This document shows positions 1 to 15,130 of a stretch of DNA of 64,000 nt, one piece after another; position 1 is the stretch's first letter; every line of letters begins with the position of its first letter. A program made the translations under genes and the position numbers. The notes under the pieces were generated by a model that made no database searches, was not told the origin of the DNA, and saw only the letters and a program-made list of their open reading frames with translations. Source of the DNA: the human T2T-CHM13v2.0 reference genome, Homo sapiens; the NCBI RefSeq assembly GCF_009914755.1, contig NC_060925.1; one strand, given 5' to 3'.

Positions 1-1874
1 GGTTCGGTGGTATAGTCTTTGTGCAGCTTCTTTGGCTGTGTTTGACATCAGCAATAACTATGGGCATATCAGTGGCCTAGACTACAGAAGTTTGTGGTAG
101 TGGTGGTGGCAGTATAGGTTGTTAATGTCCTTGGTAGCAAGGGCTATTCTATTCTTATTTTCTCCATAATGGGAAGACTTAGCTGAAAGTCTCCCTCTTG
201 GGGTCAGGTCTGACATGGCATAGAAGCAGTTGCCATGACACTGGGTTTCAAGTACAGGTGCTCAAAGCAACTGTGGGGCAAGGTCTTACTTAGGCTCAAG
301 GTCTTGTGAACCTATAGTGGCACTTGAGTCTTGGGATGCAGAGTGATCTCTGTGTCAGGGCTGGATATAGGATGCCTATAGTGCCTAGCAGCTTGGCTTC
401 AGGGGGTCAGTTTGTAACTGTAATTCTACCCCTGATGGGCAGGGTGCAGCCGTGGTTTAACTTGGAGGAAGAAGAAGTGCTCTGGAAGTGTGAGACCAGG
501 TTGCAGGATATGGCTGTAATTGCTGTAATTTGGAAACCTGCACCAATAGAGCTCAGTGGCAACTTGGATCCCTAGGGGTGAGGAATTGTGTAGTGGGGAT
601 TCTAAACTCTACAATGGTGGGACTTGGCAGTATCCCAGTCTCTGTAAGGCCAGATGCAGCAGCAGCAAGCATCCCAAAATAATCAAGCACACTGTTTTTT
701 GGGCTGTACCAGGGCAGGGAGCAGCACAACAATGACTCTACTCCCTGGGAGAAGAGTGTCTCAGGAGCTCAGACTCAGGGGGCCTAGTCCAGCTCTAGGG
801 AAGAATAATACTAGAGTTGTCTGGCCAGTAGGGTGGGGTGTCTTAGCCAACCACTGCTGTATTTCCCTGGGACCTAGGGTACTATGTCAGCACAGCCCTA
901 GGACGTGCAGCTGCTCAGCTTGGTTGAGGCACTGATTCCCCAGTGGGCAATGTGCCACTCCAGCTCAGTCCTGAGGGATGTGACTATGCTGGATGGCCTC
1001 AACACCATTTTCCTGGGATATAGGGCTCTGCCAAAAGCATTGTTCCCTGGGGAGCTTCCCTGAGGAGCTGAAACTAGTGCAGTTTCAGCTCAGGCCCCTA
1101 CGAGTAGAGTGCTGCCTAGTGTGACAGAAGTGGATGGAGCTGTTTTACCAAAGTAATGATTCTCCACGAAAGAGCGTGCAGTTTCAGCTCTGGAATGAGT
1201 GGGTAGGGGAGGGGGATGTGGAGTCGTTCCACTGCTGCTTGGCCCCATGGGGAAAGGTGTAACAGTTGCTCACAGCTCCGCTTGGAGATGTCAGGTCACT
1301 GGGTGGTGGTGTCTCAGCAGCAGTTTACCCTTAGGGATGAAGGGGTGAATGGCTACTCACCCCGAGAGCAAGACACATTCCAACAGTAGCTCCAGTTCCA
1401 AGACACCAAGACGGTGTAGTACAATAGCCATGCAGGCCACAGGGGGTGGGGCACAGTGTTGGCTCCATTTCTGAGGGAGCACAGTTGTGTACCTGTAGGC
1501 AGCTCCCTCAGCTGGGCTTAGTGCCTCTGAGAGCTGTAGGAGATCCCAGTGGTGAGGACTGTAGGTGTACAAGGTGCTGATAGGGGCTACTGGGATCTTC
1601 TTGCTTACGTTTTGCTGTAGGGAGAAGTTCTTCCTGGTTTCCAGCTGCTCTTACCTGGGCAATGGGGTGGTGGGGTCCCAGTGTTTCCTTCTGTTCTCTA
1701 TGTGGCCATCCTGAGTTTCTGTGCTCACCAGAGTTTCTGTTTCTCCTTTGACAGAATTCTGCACTCTCCTTTAGTTATTTTTTTTTTAAATGTCGTTGTT
1801 TATTCTTTTAGTTGTTTTTGTGCAGAAGATGAGTGTCAGGGATTTCTAACTGGCCATCTTGCTGATGTCACACT
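1..1874 (-). mobile_element. Old L1 (L1M-type) 5' region, antisense
   Basis: Degenerate GC-moderate sequence ending in ggccatcttgctgatgtcac, which resembles the reverse complement of an old L1M 5' end; no intact ORF; boundaries approximate. Confidence 0.5.
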
Positions 1875-2269
1875 AGGAGACATGTTATTAGCTCATATAA
1901 TATTCACAATAACTCTGTAGAATATGTACTAATATTATTTTTCCCTGCCTTTTTTTTCTTGTGGAGAAAATTGAGGCAGAGAGGTAGGTTTGCCCTTAAT
2001 TATATTTTAAATTATAGAGTAAATATTCTGTGGCTTCAGAGTGGTAAACACTGTAATACTTTAACATTTTCAAAGCCCCTTTGCTACATATCATTTTTTT
2101 CTCTTGGTTTACAGAGCTACTCAGAGTGATAAGTGCAATAATCATTAACAACCCCTTGTTACAAATACAGAAGTAAAGCAACTTGCCCCAAGTCACAAAA
2201 ACAAGTTAGTAAGTTATGAAATTAGTTACATGCATGGAATATTCATGCTTGAATGAACCTTAAAAGTTT

Positions 2270-2410
2270 ATCTAACCCAAACCTCAGATTTTACAGATGA
2301 AGAAGCTGAGGCCCAGCCAGGAACAGCTGAACTGTCCGGAGCCACAACTGGCAGATGGCAGAGCTGGGATTAGATTGCTAGTAACCTGGCTCCAACCTGC
2401 ACCTCTGCTC
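2270..2410 (-). mobile_element. MIR fragment
   Basis: ttttacagatgaagaagctgaggccca ... ggcagagctgggatt, the MIR core. Confidence 0.6.
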
Positions 2411-2669
2411 TGCCTCTCTGGGCTGGAACTAGAACCCAGTGCTTCTGACTTTGGATTTAGTTCTCATACCACTCTCCTGTGCTGCCTTGTTGAAAATCCA
2501 AGAATCCAGCTGTGGGGATAAGGTCTATATCCATGAAACAACTGAAAACCAGCATATGATATGGAGAAACCATAAGAACAGGAAACTGCCTTACCACAAG
2601 TAAAATGCCCAGATCTCACTCTTTGGTACCAGTTCATAGTGTTCATTGATCAGCAATTTTTTTTTTCAG

Positions 2670-2936
2670 ACATTGACAGCCCCCAAAACCTGGTGACCGA
2701 CCGGGTGACAGAGAATATGGCCACTGTCTCCTGGGACCCGGTGCGGGCCACCATTGACAGGTATGTGGTGCGCTACACCTCTGCCAAGGACGGAGAGACC
2801 AGGGAGGTTCCGGTGGGGAAGGAGCAGAGTAGCACTGTCCTGACGGGCCTGAGGCCGGGTGTGGAGTACACGGTGCACGTGTGGGCCCAGAAGGGGGCCC
2901 AGGAGAGCAAGAAGGCTGACACCAAGGCCCAGACAG
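2670..2936 (+). CDS. TNN: Tenascin-N (tenascin-W) FNIII-repeat exon, phase 1-1 (probably exon 10)
   Basis: tttttcag|ACATTGAC ... ACAG|gtaagg; 267 nt; encodes DIDSPQNLVTDRVTENMATVSWDPV...LTGLRPGVEYTVHVWAQKG...AQT, an FNIII domain. Confidence 0.96.
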
Positions 2937-4291
2937 GTAAGGAGCATTGTTCTTTGGGAATATAAGAGCTTTCATGCTAAGTCAGTGGATGACAAGTTTT
3001 GTTTTCCTTCTCTGACATTGGCAGAAGTCAATGATTAATGGAAGAGTGGGATGGCATCCCTTCATAACAGATTGCACACACCATCCCTCATTTTCCTTTA
3101 ACTAGTTTCCTTGCAAGTCAGGGCCACAAGGCAGTCTCCAAGCTATGATTACATGGTCATGTCCATCAACTCCTCTTCTGATTGCATGGATCTTTTGCTG
3201 TAGACAGTATCGAGGGTCTCTTAGTGAGTTTGTGAGTGGGAACAGAAAATGAAAATCAAATTTTGTTAATAATAATAGTATATTGAAAATTTGACTTTAA
3301 GAACGTAGATGTCACATCTGCCATAGCAAGGAGATGTATATCATTTGCTTTATGACAAATGAATCACATTATAACTATAAAACATATTTATAACTAGAAA
3401 TTATGATAAGTTCTATGAAGGAGATGACATGGTGTAGGTATAGAGAATAATGAAGTAGTGATGTTTCTCAGATAGGAAGGGGAAATAGTAATAGGATACA
3501 CATGGCCAAAACAACCAAATAACAGTTGCTTAAACAAGAAAGGAGCGTATTCCTCTTGTTGAATAGCAGAGTGTACGTTGGCCAGAGTTTTGAGGATAAG
3601 GATAGCTCCTACGTTATATTCTTATTTTAGTGGAAGCGATATCTAACCATATTTTGTACAGTGATTTAATCAGCAAACCAGCATGATGAGTGAATCTATG
3701 ATATGCTAGAGAATATTCAACCAGGGTTTTACTTTTTGCGGATTCCTTTAGTAATATATAGTGAGCATTTTCCACGTGCCCTGCCCACTACTAGGCACTG
3801 GGAACACAGGAGAATAGGATGCTGCCCTCTTCCTCCAGGGGCTTACATTTAGAAGTGGCTTTTAGAATCTTCTAGTATGAAATGGGAGGTCTTTACTGAC
3901 ATGATGTGAGACACAAAATTGTTAGTTCCTGGTGAGCAGAGACCATGTCTTTTCCAATTCTGGATTCTGCACACTGTCTAGAACATTTCATGGACAGAGT
4001 TGGGGCTTGATATACCCTTACTAGATGAATAAAAGATTTGTTTTGCTAAAGACTTGGTAGAGGTAACAGCCTGGATTCTCAGGTTCTGATCTATTGTGCT
4101 TTCTACTTGAGGAGCCAGGTATATCTTGGGGGAGAAGATGATGTCCATGAAACAGCTAAAAATGAAACAAGAGCATATGAGGCGGAAACCCCACACAACA
4201 TGAAAGGGTTTCACCCCACGCAAAATGACCACCAGTTTCTGCACTCTGGCACCTGTTCATAGTGCATATTGGTCAGCATTTTTTTTTTCAG

Positions 4292-4555
4292 ACATTGACA
4301 GCCCCCAAAACCTGGTCACTGACTGGGTGACAGAGAATACAGCCACTGTCTCCTGGGACCCGGTGCAGGCCACCATTGACAGGTATGTGGTGCACTACAC
4401 GTCTGCCAACGGAGAGACCAGGGAGGTTCCAGTGGGGAAGGAGCAGAGCAGCACTGTCCTGACGGGCCTGAGGCCGGGCATGGAGTACACGGTGCACGTG
4501 TGGGCCCAGAAGGGGAACCAGGAGAGCAAGAAGGCTGACACCAAGGCCCAGACAG
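4292..4555 (+). CDS. TNN: Tenascin-N FNIII-repeat exon, phase 1-1
   Basis: tttttcag|ACATTGAC ... ACAG|gtaata; 264 nt; about 95% identical to the previous exon. Confidence 0.96.
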
Positions 4556-4761
4556 GTAATAGAAGTGAAGAGAAGAGCAAACCCGGGTAGTAGCTGCAGG
4601 TTGATCTATTGCAGCTGAGTGATGATGCAGCTGCTTTTGGCATCTGTAACCTCAGGGCTGCAGACTGTTTTAGGAGAGTTTGCTGTAAAAACAAAACAAA
4701 ACAAAAACAAAAAACAAACAAAGAAACAAAAAACTTTCATTCACCCAAAGAAAGAACAACG

Positions 4762-5317
4762 TGTTATAGGAAAGGCGTCCCGATCCAGACCCTTAGAAAG
4801 GGTTCTTGGATCTTGTGCAAGAAAGAGTTCAGGGTGAGCCCATAGAGTAAAGTGAAAGCAAGTTTATTAGGAAAGTAAAGGAATAAAAGAATGGCTACTA
4901 GCCATGGGCAGAGCAGCCCTGAGGGCTTGTGGTTGTCCATTTTTATGGTTATTTCTTGAAGATATGCTAAACAAGAGGTGGATTATTCATACCTCCCCTT
5001 TTTAGACCATATAGGGTGACTTCCTGACATTGCCTTGGCATTTGTAAACTGTCATGGCACTGGTGGGAGTGTAGTAGTGAGGATGACCAGAGGTCACTCT
5101 CATTGCCATCTTCGTTTTGGTGGGTCTTGGCCGGCTTCTTTACTGCAGGCTGTTTTAACAGCACGGTCTTTATGACCTGTATCTTGTGCTGACCTCCTAT
5201 CTTATCCTGTGACTTAGAATGCCTTAACCATCTGGGAATGCAGCCCGGTAGGTTTCACCCTTATTTGACCCAGTTCCTATTCAAGATGGAGTTTCTCTGG
5301 TTCAAGCATGTCTGACA
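4762..5317 (-). mobile_element. MER41A-like solo LTR (ERV1)
   Basis: TG...CA termini; the minus strand reads TGTCAGACATGCTTGAACCAGAGAAACTCCATCTTGAATAGG ... AATAAACTTGCTTTCAC ... CCTTTCCTATAACA, matching the MER41A consensus as I recall it. Confidence 0.8.
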
Positions 5318-5329
5318 AAACTATAGTAA

Positions 5330-5726
<397 letters not shown>

Positions 5727-6472
5727 CTATAGGAAATAATGTAAAACCAATATAAAATTCTTAAAACCACTGATTAAAAACCTGTTTTGTGGCAAGCTAT
5801 TTTGTATAGGTTTGACCGAATAGACGCTGTGTGATAGAAAGGAGCAAGTATTCACCTGGGTGGCTGGAGCCCTGTTTCCTTGCAGTAGGCAGCTGACTTT
5901 TAATGAGCATCATCTAAGTGCCAGGCCTGGGGAACACAGTGGTGAACAAAACAAATATCTCTACTCTCTTGAAGTCTAGAGTGAAGATAGACAATAAATA
6001 AGAAAACACATTTAAAACCGTAAATTATGCTAAATTCTGTGAAGGAGATGAACATGGTGTAGGTATAGAGAATTACAGGGTAAGGATGTCTTGCAGATGG
6101 GAAGGGTGAGTAGTAATAGGATATACATAGACAGAAACACTCAAATAACAGTTGCATCAGCAGGAATGGAGTGTATTCCTCTCTGTAGAATGTCCAGGGC
6201 TGATACGGTAGCTCCTCGTCCAGGAGACCCAGGCTTCTTCTGTGATTGTTGCTTAGTCATCCCTAGCAATTTGCCCTCCTTTACCTGGTCACCACCCTGT
6301 CTGCATTGTAGCCAGTGGGAAGAGGCATGATGAAAGTCAGGGCATCACTGGGACATTGCACATATCAGCCCTTCTCATGTTCCATTGCCAGGTCCCAGAC
6401 AGACCTCACTGCAAAAAAGGCTAGGAAATGAGGTCTTTAGCTGGATGGCCCTGTGCCCAGCTTTACTTTGGT

Positions 6473-6970
<498 letters not shown>

Positions 6971-6989
6971 AGTGTGCTTACAGAAGAAG

Positions 6990-8600
<1,611 letters not shown>

Positions 8601-9130
8601 CAGATCTGCAGCAAAGTCCTTGAGAGGGTGGGAAGGCCTAAAATTCAGAGCGAAGAGTCTTGGCTTTAACATAAGATGTCAACAGGAACTTGGCCTAGAC
8701 CTTCCATTTCCCTGGGCCTCCATTCTCCTCCCCTTTTATAAGTCGGAAAGGTTGGAGGATATGACTTCTTGGCTCTCAAATTCTGTGAAACAAAATAACT
8801 AGATACCAGGGAGATCAGAAAAGAGGTTATATCCACAGCAGTTTTGGTGGCTTATCTTGTTGCTCAGGAAGTTTTATTGTTATTTTGATGAGAATTACAA
8901 GGACAGAAATTTTTTATATTAAAAAGTGGGAGATGATCTGATTCCTTCCAGTTTTATATCCAGTGGTTTGTTTCCTTGGAAATGGAGACCAGGGGCCTTT
9001 GACTCGTGTTTTAAGTGGAATTCTACCATTATTAATGATAACATGATGGAGAGCTCCTGGTGATGAGGTGGTAAGATGCGATGTCTTCCTTTGTTCTAAA
9101 GTTCAGCCTTTTCTAAATCTTTTTAAAAAG

Positions 9131-9394
9131 AAATTGACGGCCCCAAAAACCTAGTGACTGACTGGGTGACGGAGAATATGGCCACTGTCTCCTGGGACCC
9201 GGTTCAGGCCACCATTGACAAGTACATGGTGCGCTACACCTCTGCTGACGGAGAGACCAGGGAGGTTCCGGTGGGGAAGGAGCACAGCAGCACTGTCCTG
9301 ACGGGCCTGAGACCAGGCATGGAGTACATGGTGCACGTGTGGGCCCAGAAGGGGGCCCAGGAGAGCAAGAAGGCTGACACCAAGGCCCAGACAG
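9131..9394 (+). CDS. TNN: Tenascin-N FNIII-repeat exon, phase 1-1
   Basis: ttttaaaaag|AAATTGACGGC ... ACAG|gtactg; 264 nt; encodes EIDGPKNLVTDWVTENMATVSWDPV... Confidence 0.94.
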
Positions 9395-10100
9395 GTACTG
9401 AGAGGGACCAGGCCAGGGGAACACCTCACACTTATCAGGAGAGAACCTTCCTCCATCAGTGGGCTGGGGAGGGGAGCAGGAGGGTGGTTGCTTTACCCGA
9501 GGACATTCTTCAAAGTGGTTCCTTTTTTACGTCTTTGAGCTAATTAAGTTGACACAACAGCTCAGATAAGATGAGAGAGTATAGAGGGAGTGCTGGTGTC
9601 AAAGGTGGCCTCCCTCACCCCTCCACCCGGCCCAGCGCTCAGAATCTCCACACTTGCTATGGAGAAAATGGTTGGGCCTCAGCTGCAGTTGGGAGAAGAC
9701 AGAGGCAGGAGCCTCTTCTGTTTCCATCTTCCAGAATGGAGGCAATGGGGATGCATCTTTCTCCATTCCATCCTCAGTTGATGATGAAAGGTGCCTGAAT
9801 TGCATGTATTTTGTGTGTGTGATGGGGCCTCTGATCTTGGCAGAGCATCACTGAGGTCAGAACCCAGAGGCACTTGGAAGAGAGCACTGTGCCCACCCTG
9901 AGGTCTATGAGCCTCTTCTGGCAGTACGGGCAAGGTCTGTCCATTCCATCCATGGCTGAGCGCACCAAGTGTTGCCACGGGACCTAGAGATGGCTTGAAT
10001 TTCTCTATGGTTTTTATTAGTTAAAATTAGCTTGCATTTTTAATCTAAAAAGTAATATATGCTTATAGTAAATATTTTCAAACTAAATAGAGACGTGTTA

Positions 10101-10613
<513 letters not shown>

Positions 10614-11239
10614 TCACCTTCTCCATTTTTGAAGACAGCAATAAAAAGATTCTCATTTTCCTGCTTCATAGAAATGTGAAAGTAACTAAGACAGACATCT
10701 CAAGTCCATAACCAGGGAGTGGTGGGCAGTCAAAGAGGTGGCAGGAGATTGCTTAAGATGTTAAAATAGCCACAGTTTTGCCTTGATTGTGAAATCAGGA
10801 AATTCAGTTTTTCTGTGAGACGAATAGAATAAAATCCATGCCAGATGTTATGCTTTAGAAAATCAAACCAAGTTGATATTACAGAAACTCAAAATTTGTC
10901 AAAACATCCTAATTCAAAACAACAGCTGTCTGATTTCTATTAAAATACTGCAATTCAGCTCTCAGCTGAAATGCTACTGGGTAGAAAATAGCCTGGAGAC
11001 GTCTTTTTGGGAAGTTATAAATTAAAATAACCTTCTATGATAATGCTTTTTCAAAAGAGAAATTTCCATTCATATCTTCTTTGGTTAAAAAAAAAAAAGA
11101 GCCTTCTGACCAGTGATGTTGACCAGTATTTTTGCTGAGCTTCTGTTTTCCTGGTCTACAGTGCACACTTGCTTACCCACGCGTTCCCTCTAGTGTTTGG
11201 GTGAGGAAGTACATAGAAGAAGAGCTCTGCTTTTCCTAT

Positions 11240-11423
11240 ATCCCTTCTCTTTCCCTCTTCCCTCCCCCACCTCTTCCTTTCTTCTCTTTTCCTTCCTTCT
11301 CTCTCTCTCCCTCTTTCTTTCTCTTTCTTTCTTTCTCTCTCTCTCTCCCTTTCTCTCTTCTTTTCTCTCTCTCCTTCCTTCCTTCCTTCTCTCCCTCCCT
11401 CCTTTCTTTCTCTCTTTTTTCTC

Positions 11424-11474
<51 letters not shown>

Positions 11475-11725
11475 CTCTCTCTCCCTCCCTTTCTCTCTTC
11501 TTTTCTCTCTCTCCTTCCTTCCTTCCTTCCCTCCCTCCCTCCTTTCTTTCTTTTTTCTTTTTCTTTCTTTCTTTTCTTTTTTTCTTTCTTTCTCTCTCCC
11601 GCTCTCTCTCTCTTCTCTTTCTTTCTTTCTCTCGCTTCTCTCCCTTTCTTTCTTTCCTTCTCTCTCTCTCTCTCTCTCTCCTCTATACAAGCACCTGTTC
11701 CCTTGCCTTCTCCTTCTCTTCTTTC
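11240..11725. repeat. CT-rich low-complexity tract with compound (CTTT)n/(CCTT)n/(CT)n microsatellites
   Basis: About 480 bp almost entirely pyrimidine on the + strand. Confidence 0.95.
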
Positions 11726-11767
11726 TCTACTGGGTATGCATCTAAGGCCACACACTTCAATATGTAA

Positions 11768-12097
<330 letters not shown>

Positions 12098-12652
12098 AAC
12101 TTTTTGTTTCTATGCCAACTTAATTTCAATCATAAGCCCATATTCTACTTAGGGTAAGCTCCTTCCTCAGGGCTGTATGTAAGTCTTGGGTAGTTTCCCA
12201 GTGACAGGCATTGGGGCCCATCCAGCATTTCAGGCAACTTTCCAGGCGGGCCAAGTCACCCTGGTTTCTTTGTGCATGGCCCTTTCAGATCTGTGGCCCT
12301 CTTATCTTTCCACATCCTTTTGGGAGCCCTGCCATCTCTGAGGATCTATCTGCCAATCTAGGCTGTTAATATCCACCACTTTGTGGGAACCTGCCTGGGA
12401 AATGGGGGCCCAGATTCCTTTCCTCTGGGACCCACCCAACGCCCTGTTCTTCTTGTCTCTAATGGGTCTGTACTTGTAGAAACAAAGGTCAGAAAGGCCC
12501 TGTGGCAGGGAGGAAGAGAGCCTGCAAACTGCTTGAAAGAAGGAGGAGAAATGGGAGGGTTTGAAAAGGGGAAAATATAAACTGATGTCTCAAAAATTAC
12601 CTTGCCTCAGTTGTATCTTAGTAATAACAATTACCTGACTTTCTACGTACAG

Positions 12653-12783
12653 AACTCGACCCTCCCAGAAACCTTCGTCCATCTGCTGTAACGCAGTCTG
12701 GTGGCATATTGACCTGGACGCCCCCCTCTGCTCAGATCCACGGCTACATTCTGACTTACCAGTTCCCAGATGGCACAGTTAAG
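12653..12783 (+). CDS. TNN: Tenascin-N exon, first half of the last FNIII domain
   Basis: gtacag|AACTCGACCCT ... GTTAAG|gtacgg; 131 nt, phase 1-0; ELDPPRNLRPSAVTQSGGILTWTPPSAQIHGYILTYQFPDGTVK. Confidence 0.93.
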
Positions 12784-13729
12784 GTACGGGGATTCCTTGT
12801 CTTTTCTCCTGGTGCCTTCTCTTCTGTGTGAAGCAACTAACTTGGGCCAATCAGCTCATTTGCTGGCCTCACGGCAACTTGCTGATCTTTACTGGTCACA
12901 TTGCTGGTTGTACATCTGCCCCGGGTTATTTTGTTTATTGTTAGTCTTCCTCAATAAATGTAAGCTCTATGTTTGTCTGTTTCATTTATCACCATATCTA
13001 AAGTGCATAGGACAGTGCTTAGCACATGGTAGGTGTTCGATATATATTTATTGAACAAATTGATTAACCCTTATTTCAAGGGTTATACCTCCCCTTAGAA
13101 TCTGAAGGCCAGCAAATTTTCAAAACCTGTCCCAATGGAAAATTATTATTCTCCCTCCTTGCCAATGAAGAAAGAAGGGAGGAAATAAAAACAGGAAGGA
13201 CACTTAGGTTTATGTGTTACCTTAATTAGTGCTTATGACAGCACAGCTAGGAAGGTTAGCCCTATGTTTATAGAGGAAGTAAGACTGGTTCAGAAGGAAG
13301 TTTATTGAAATATCAACTATCTCCTTGTCTCAGATATCAGTGGCCAGTTTCACCTCCCCTATTAATTTCTCCTTAGCGCGGCATTGCCAGCCTGTTCCTG
13401 CTGGCAATGTAGCCACTATAGTTAGAGCCCCTGTGTGTATCTGAAGGCCAAAGTCTCCCAGAAACTTGGCCAGTGATCCTGAAGCTGCAGTCCTGGGTGC
13501 TGGTTCTCAGCTGATGCTCCCAGTAGTGCTGACTCTCCATGGCATGGCTCTCCAGAGAAGTGGCTGGGACCCACTGCGATTCTGGGCTGCCACTGAGGCT
13601 TCGGAGAGACAAAACACTGTGCTCTCAGAGAGCTTCTGTCATTAGCACCAGGGAACGCTGTTGACACCTAGGGTGCTAGTGGGTGATAAACTGAGTCACT
13701 GGCTGTCTAATCTCTCCCTTGTTTGGTAG

Positions 13730-13862
13730 GAGATGCAGCTGGGACGGGAAGACCAGAGGTTTGCGTTGCAAGGCCTTGAGCAAGGCGCCACCTACCCTGT
13801 CTCCCTTGTTGCCTTTAAGGGTGGTCGCCGGAGCAGAAATGTATCCACCACCCTCTCCACAG
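13730..13862 (+). CDS. TNN: Tenascin-N exon, second half of the last FNIII domain
   Basis: ttggtag|GAGATGCAG ... ACAG|gtaata; 133 nt, phase 0-1; EMQLGREDQRFALQGLEQGATYPVSLVAFKGGRRSRNVSTTLST. Confidence 0.93.
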
Positions 13863-14292
13863 GTAATATGGAATCCTGTACTCTGAACGACCATGCAATG
13901 AGAACCAGCACCGGAAAGGCTAGCAAAGGAGTCCAGGGAGGAGCAAGTGGATGCAGAACTATTGATTTCTCTAGGCATGGGGAAGTGGAAATGGGGTTGT
14001 GTGTTCAAAAGAAATCCACCCCACAGTGGGGAGGCTAAAGAGAGGAGTGAAATAGAGTGTTACTTTGTGAGGGAGCTGAGTTGGGGGAGGAAGTGATGTG
14101 AACTTGACCTTTTCCTGGTGCATTTGGGGAGTTGATGAGAAAAATAAGATATGAGTGAAGAGTTGGAAGAAGCTGAAGTAGGAAGTTATGAAATAATTTC
14201 CAAACAAAATAAATTGCCTTAAAATAGGAAGAAACTCCACCTCTTTCCTCCTTGCCCTTGTCCTAACAACACTCTCTCTGCTTGGCTCCCAG

Positions 14293-14444
14293 TTGGTGCC
14301 CGTTTCCCACACCCTTCGGACTGCAGTCAGGTTCAGCAGAACAGCAATGCCGCCAGTGGTCTGTACACCATCTACCTGCATGGCGATGCCAGCCGGCCCC
14401 TGCAGGTGTACTGTGACATGGAAACAGACGGAGGTGGCTGGATT
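14293..14444 (+). CDS. TNN: Tenascin-N fibrinogen-globe exon 1
   Basis: ctcccag|TTGGTGCC ... TGGATT|gtgagt; 152 nt; VGARFPHPSDCSQ...SGLYTIYLHGDASRPLQVYCDMETDGGGWI, the FReD signature. Confidence 0.96.
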
Positions 14445-14605
14445 GTGAGTCACGCAGAACCCTGGGGAGCTCTGTGTAGGGCCTTCCTTCTCAGCCCAGG
14501 ATGCCGGTCATGGATGCTCCATAGAGTGTTTGGAGCCCTATTTCTTCTCCACTCATGGAAGAGAGGAGTTTTGGTGGCTTGTAGCTGTTTTTAGAGAGAT
14601 CCCAA

Positions 14606-15130
14606 TGTTACAGGAAAGGGGTCCCCATCCAGATCCCAAGAGAAGGTTCTTGGATCTCATGTAAGAAAGAATTCAGGGTGAGTCCACAATGCAAAGCAAA
14701 AGCAAGTTTATTAAGAAAGTAAAGTGGTGAAAGTACAGCTACTCCATAGACAGAGTAGGGCGTTTCTGAAAGTAAGGAGGAATGCATGCACCCTATGTAC
14801 AAGACTTGTTTATATATAGGATAAAAAAAGATCATGAGGGGATGTGCTCTATTACAATGGTTCGTGATAAAGGATTAATTTTCTTAATTACTATATTTTG
14901 CGAGAATCAATATTATTATATTTAAAGCAACATTAGGAGTGCTTCTGTTCTCAAGATATCAGGACATTCCTAAGTCTGGGTCTGTTTAGTAAACACTGTC
15001 AATCTGTTCCCTTAACCATAAACATCTGGAGGCTAGGAATACCTAACTTTCTGGGAATGCAGCCCAGCAAGTCCCAGCCTCATTGTCTTAGCACTCACTC
15101 AAGATGGCTCTGGTTCAAATGCCTCTGACA
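14606..15130 (-). mobile_element. MER41-family solo LTR (subfamily differs from the 4762 copy)
   Basis: TG...CA termini, perfect 4-bp TSD CCAA (14602-14605 and 15131-15134); ends homologous to the 4762-5317 LTR but a different middle. Confidence 0.8.

Noticed and set aside
11132-11767. 166-211 aa ORFs on both strands
   Set aside because: Low-complexity CT/AG tract lacking stops; F/L/S or R/K/E-only composition
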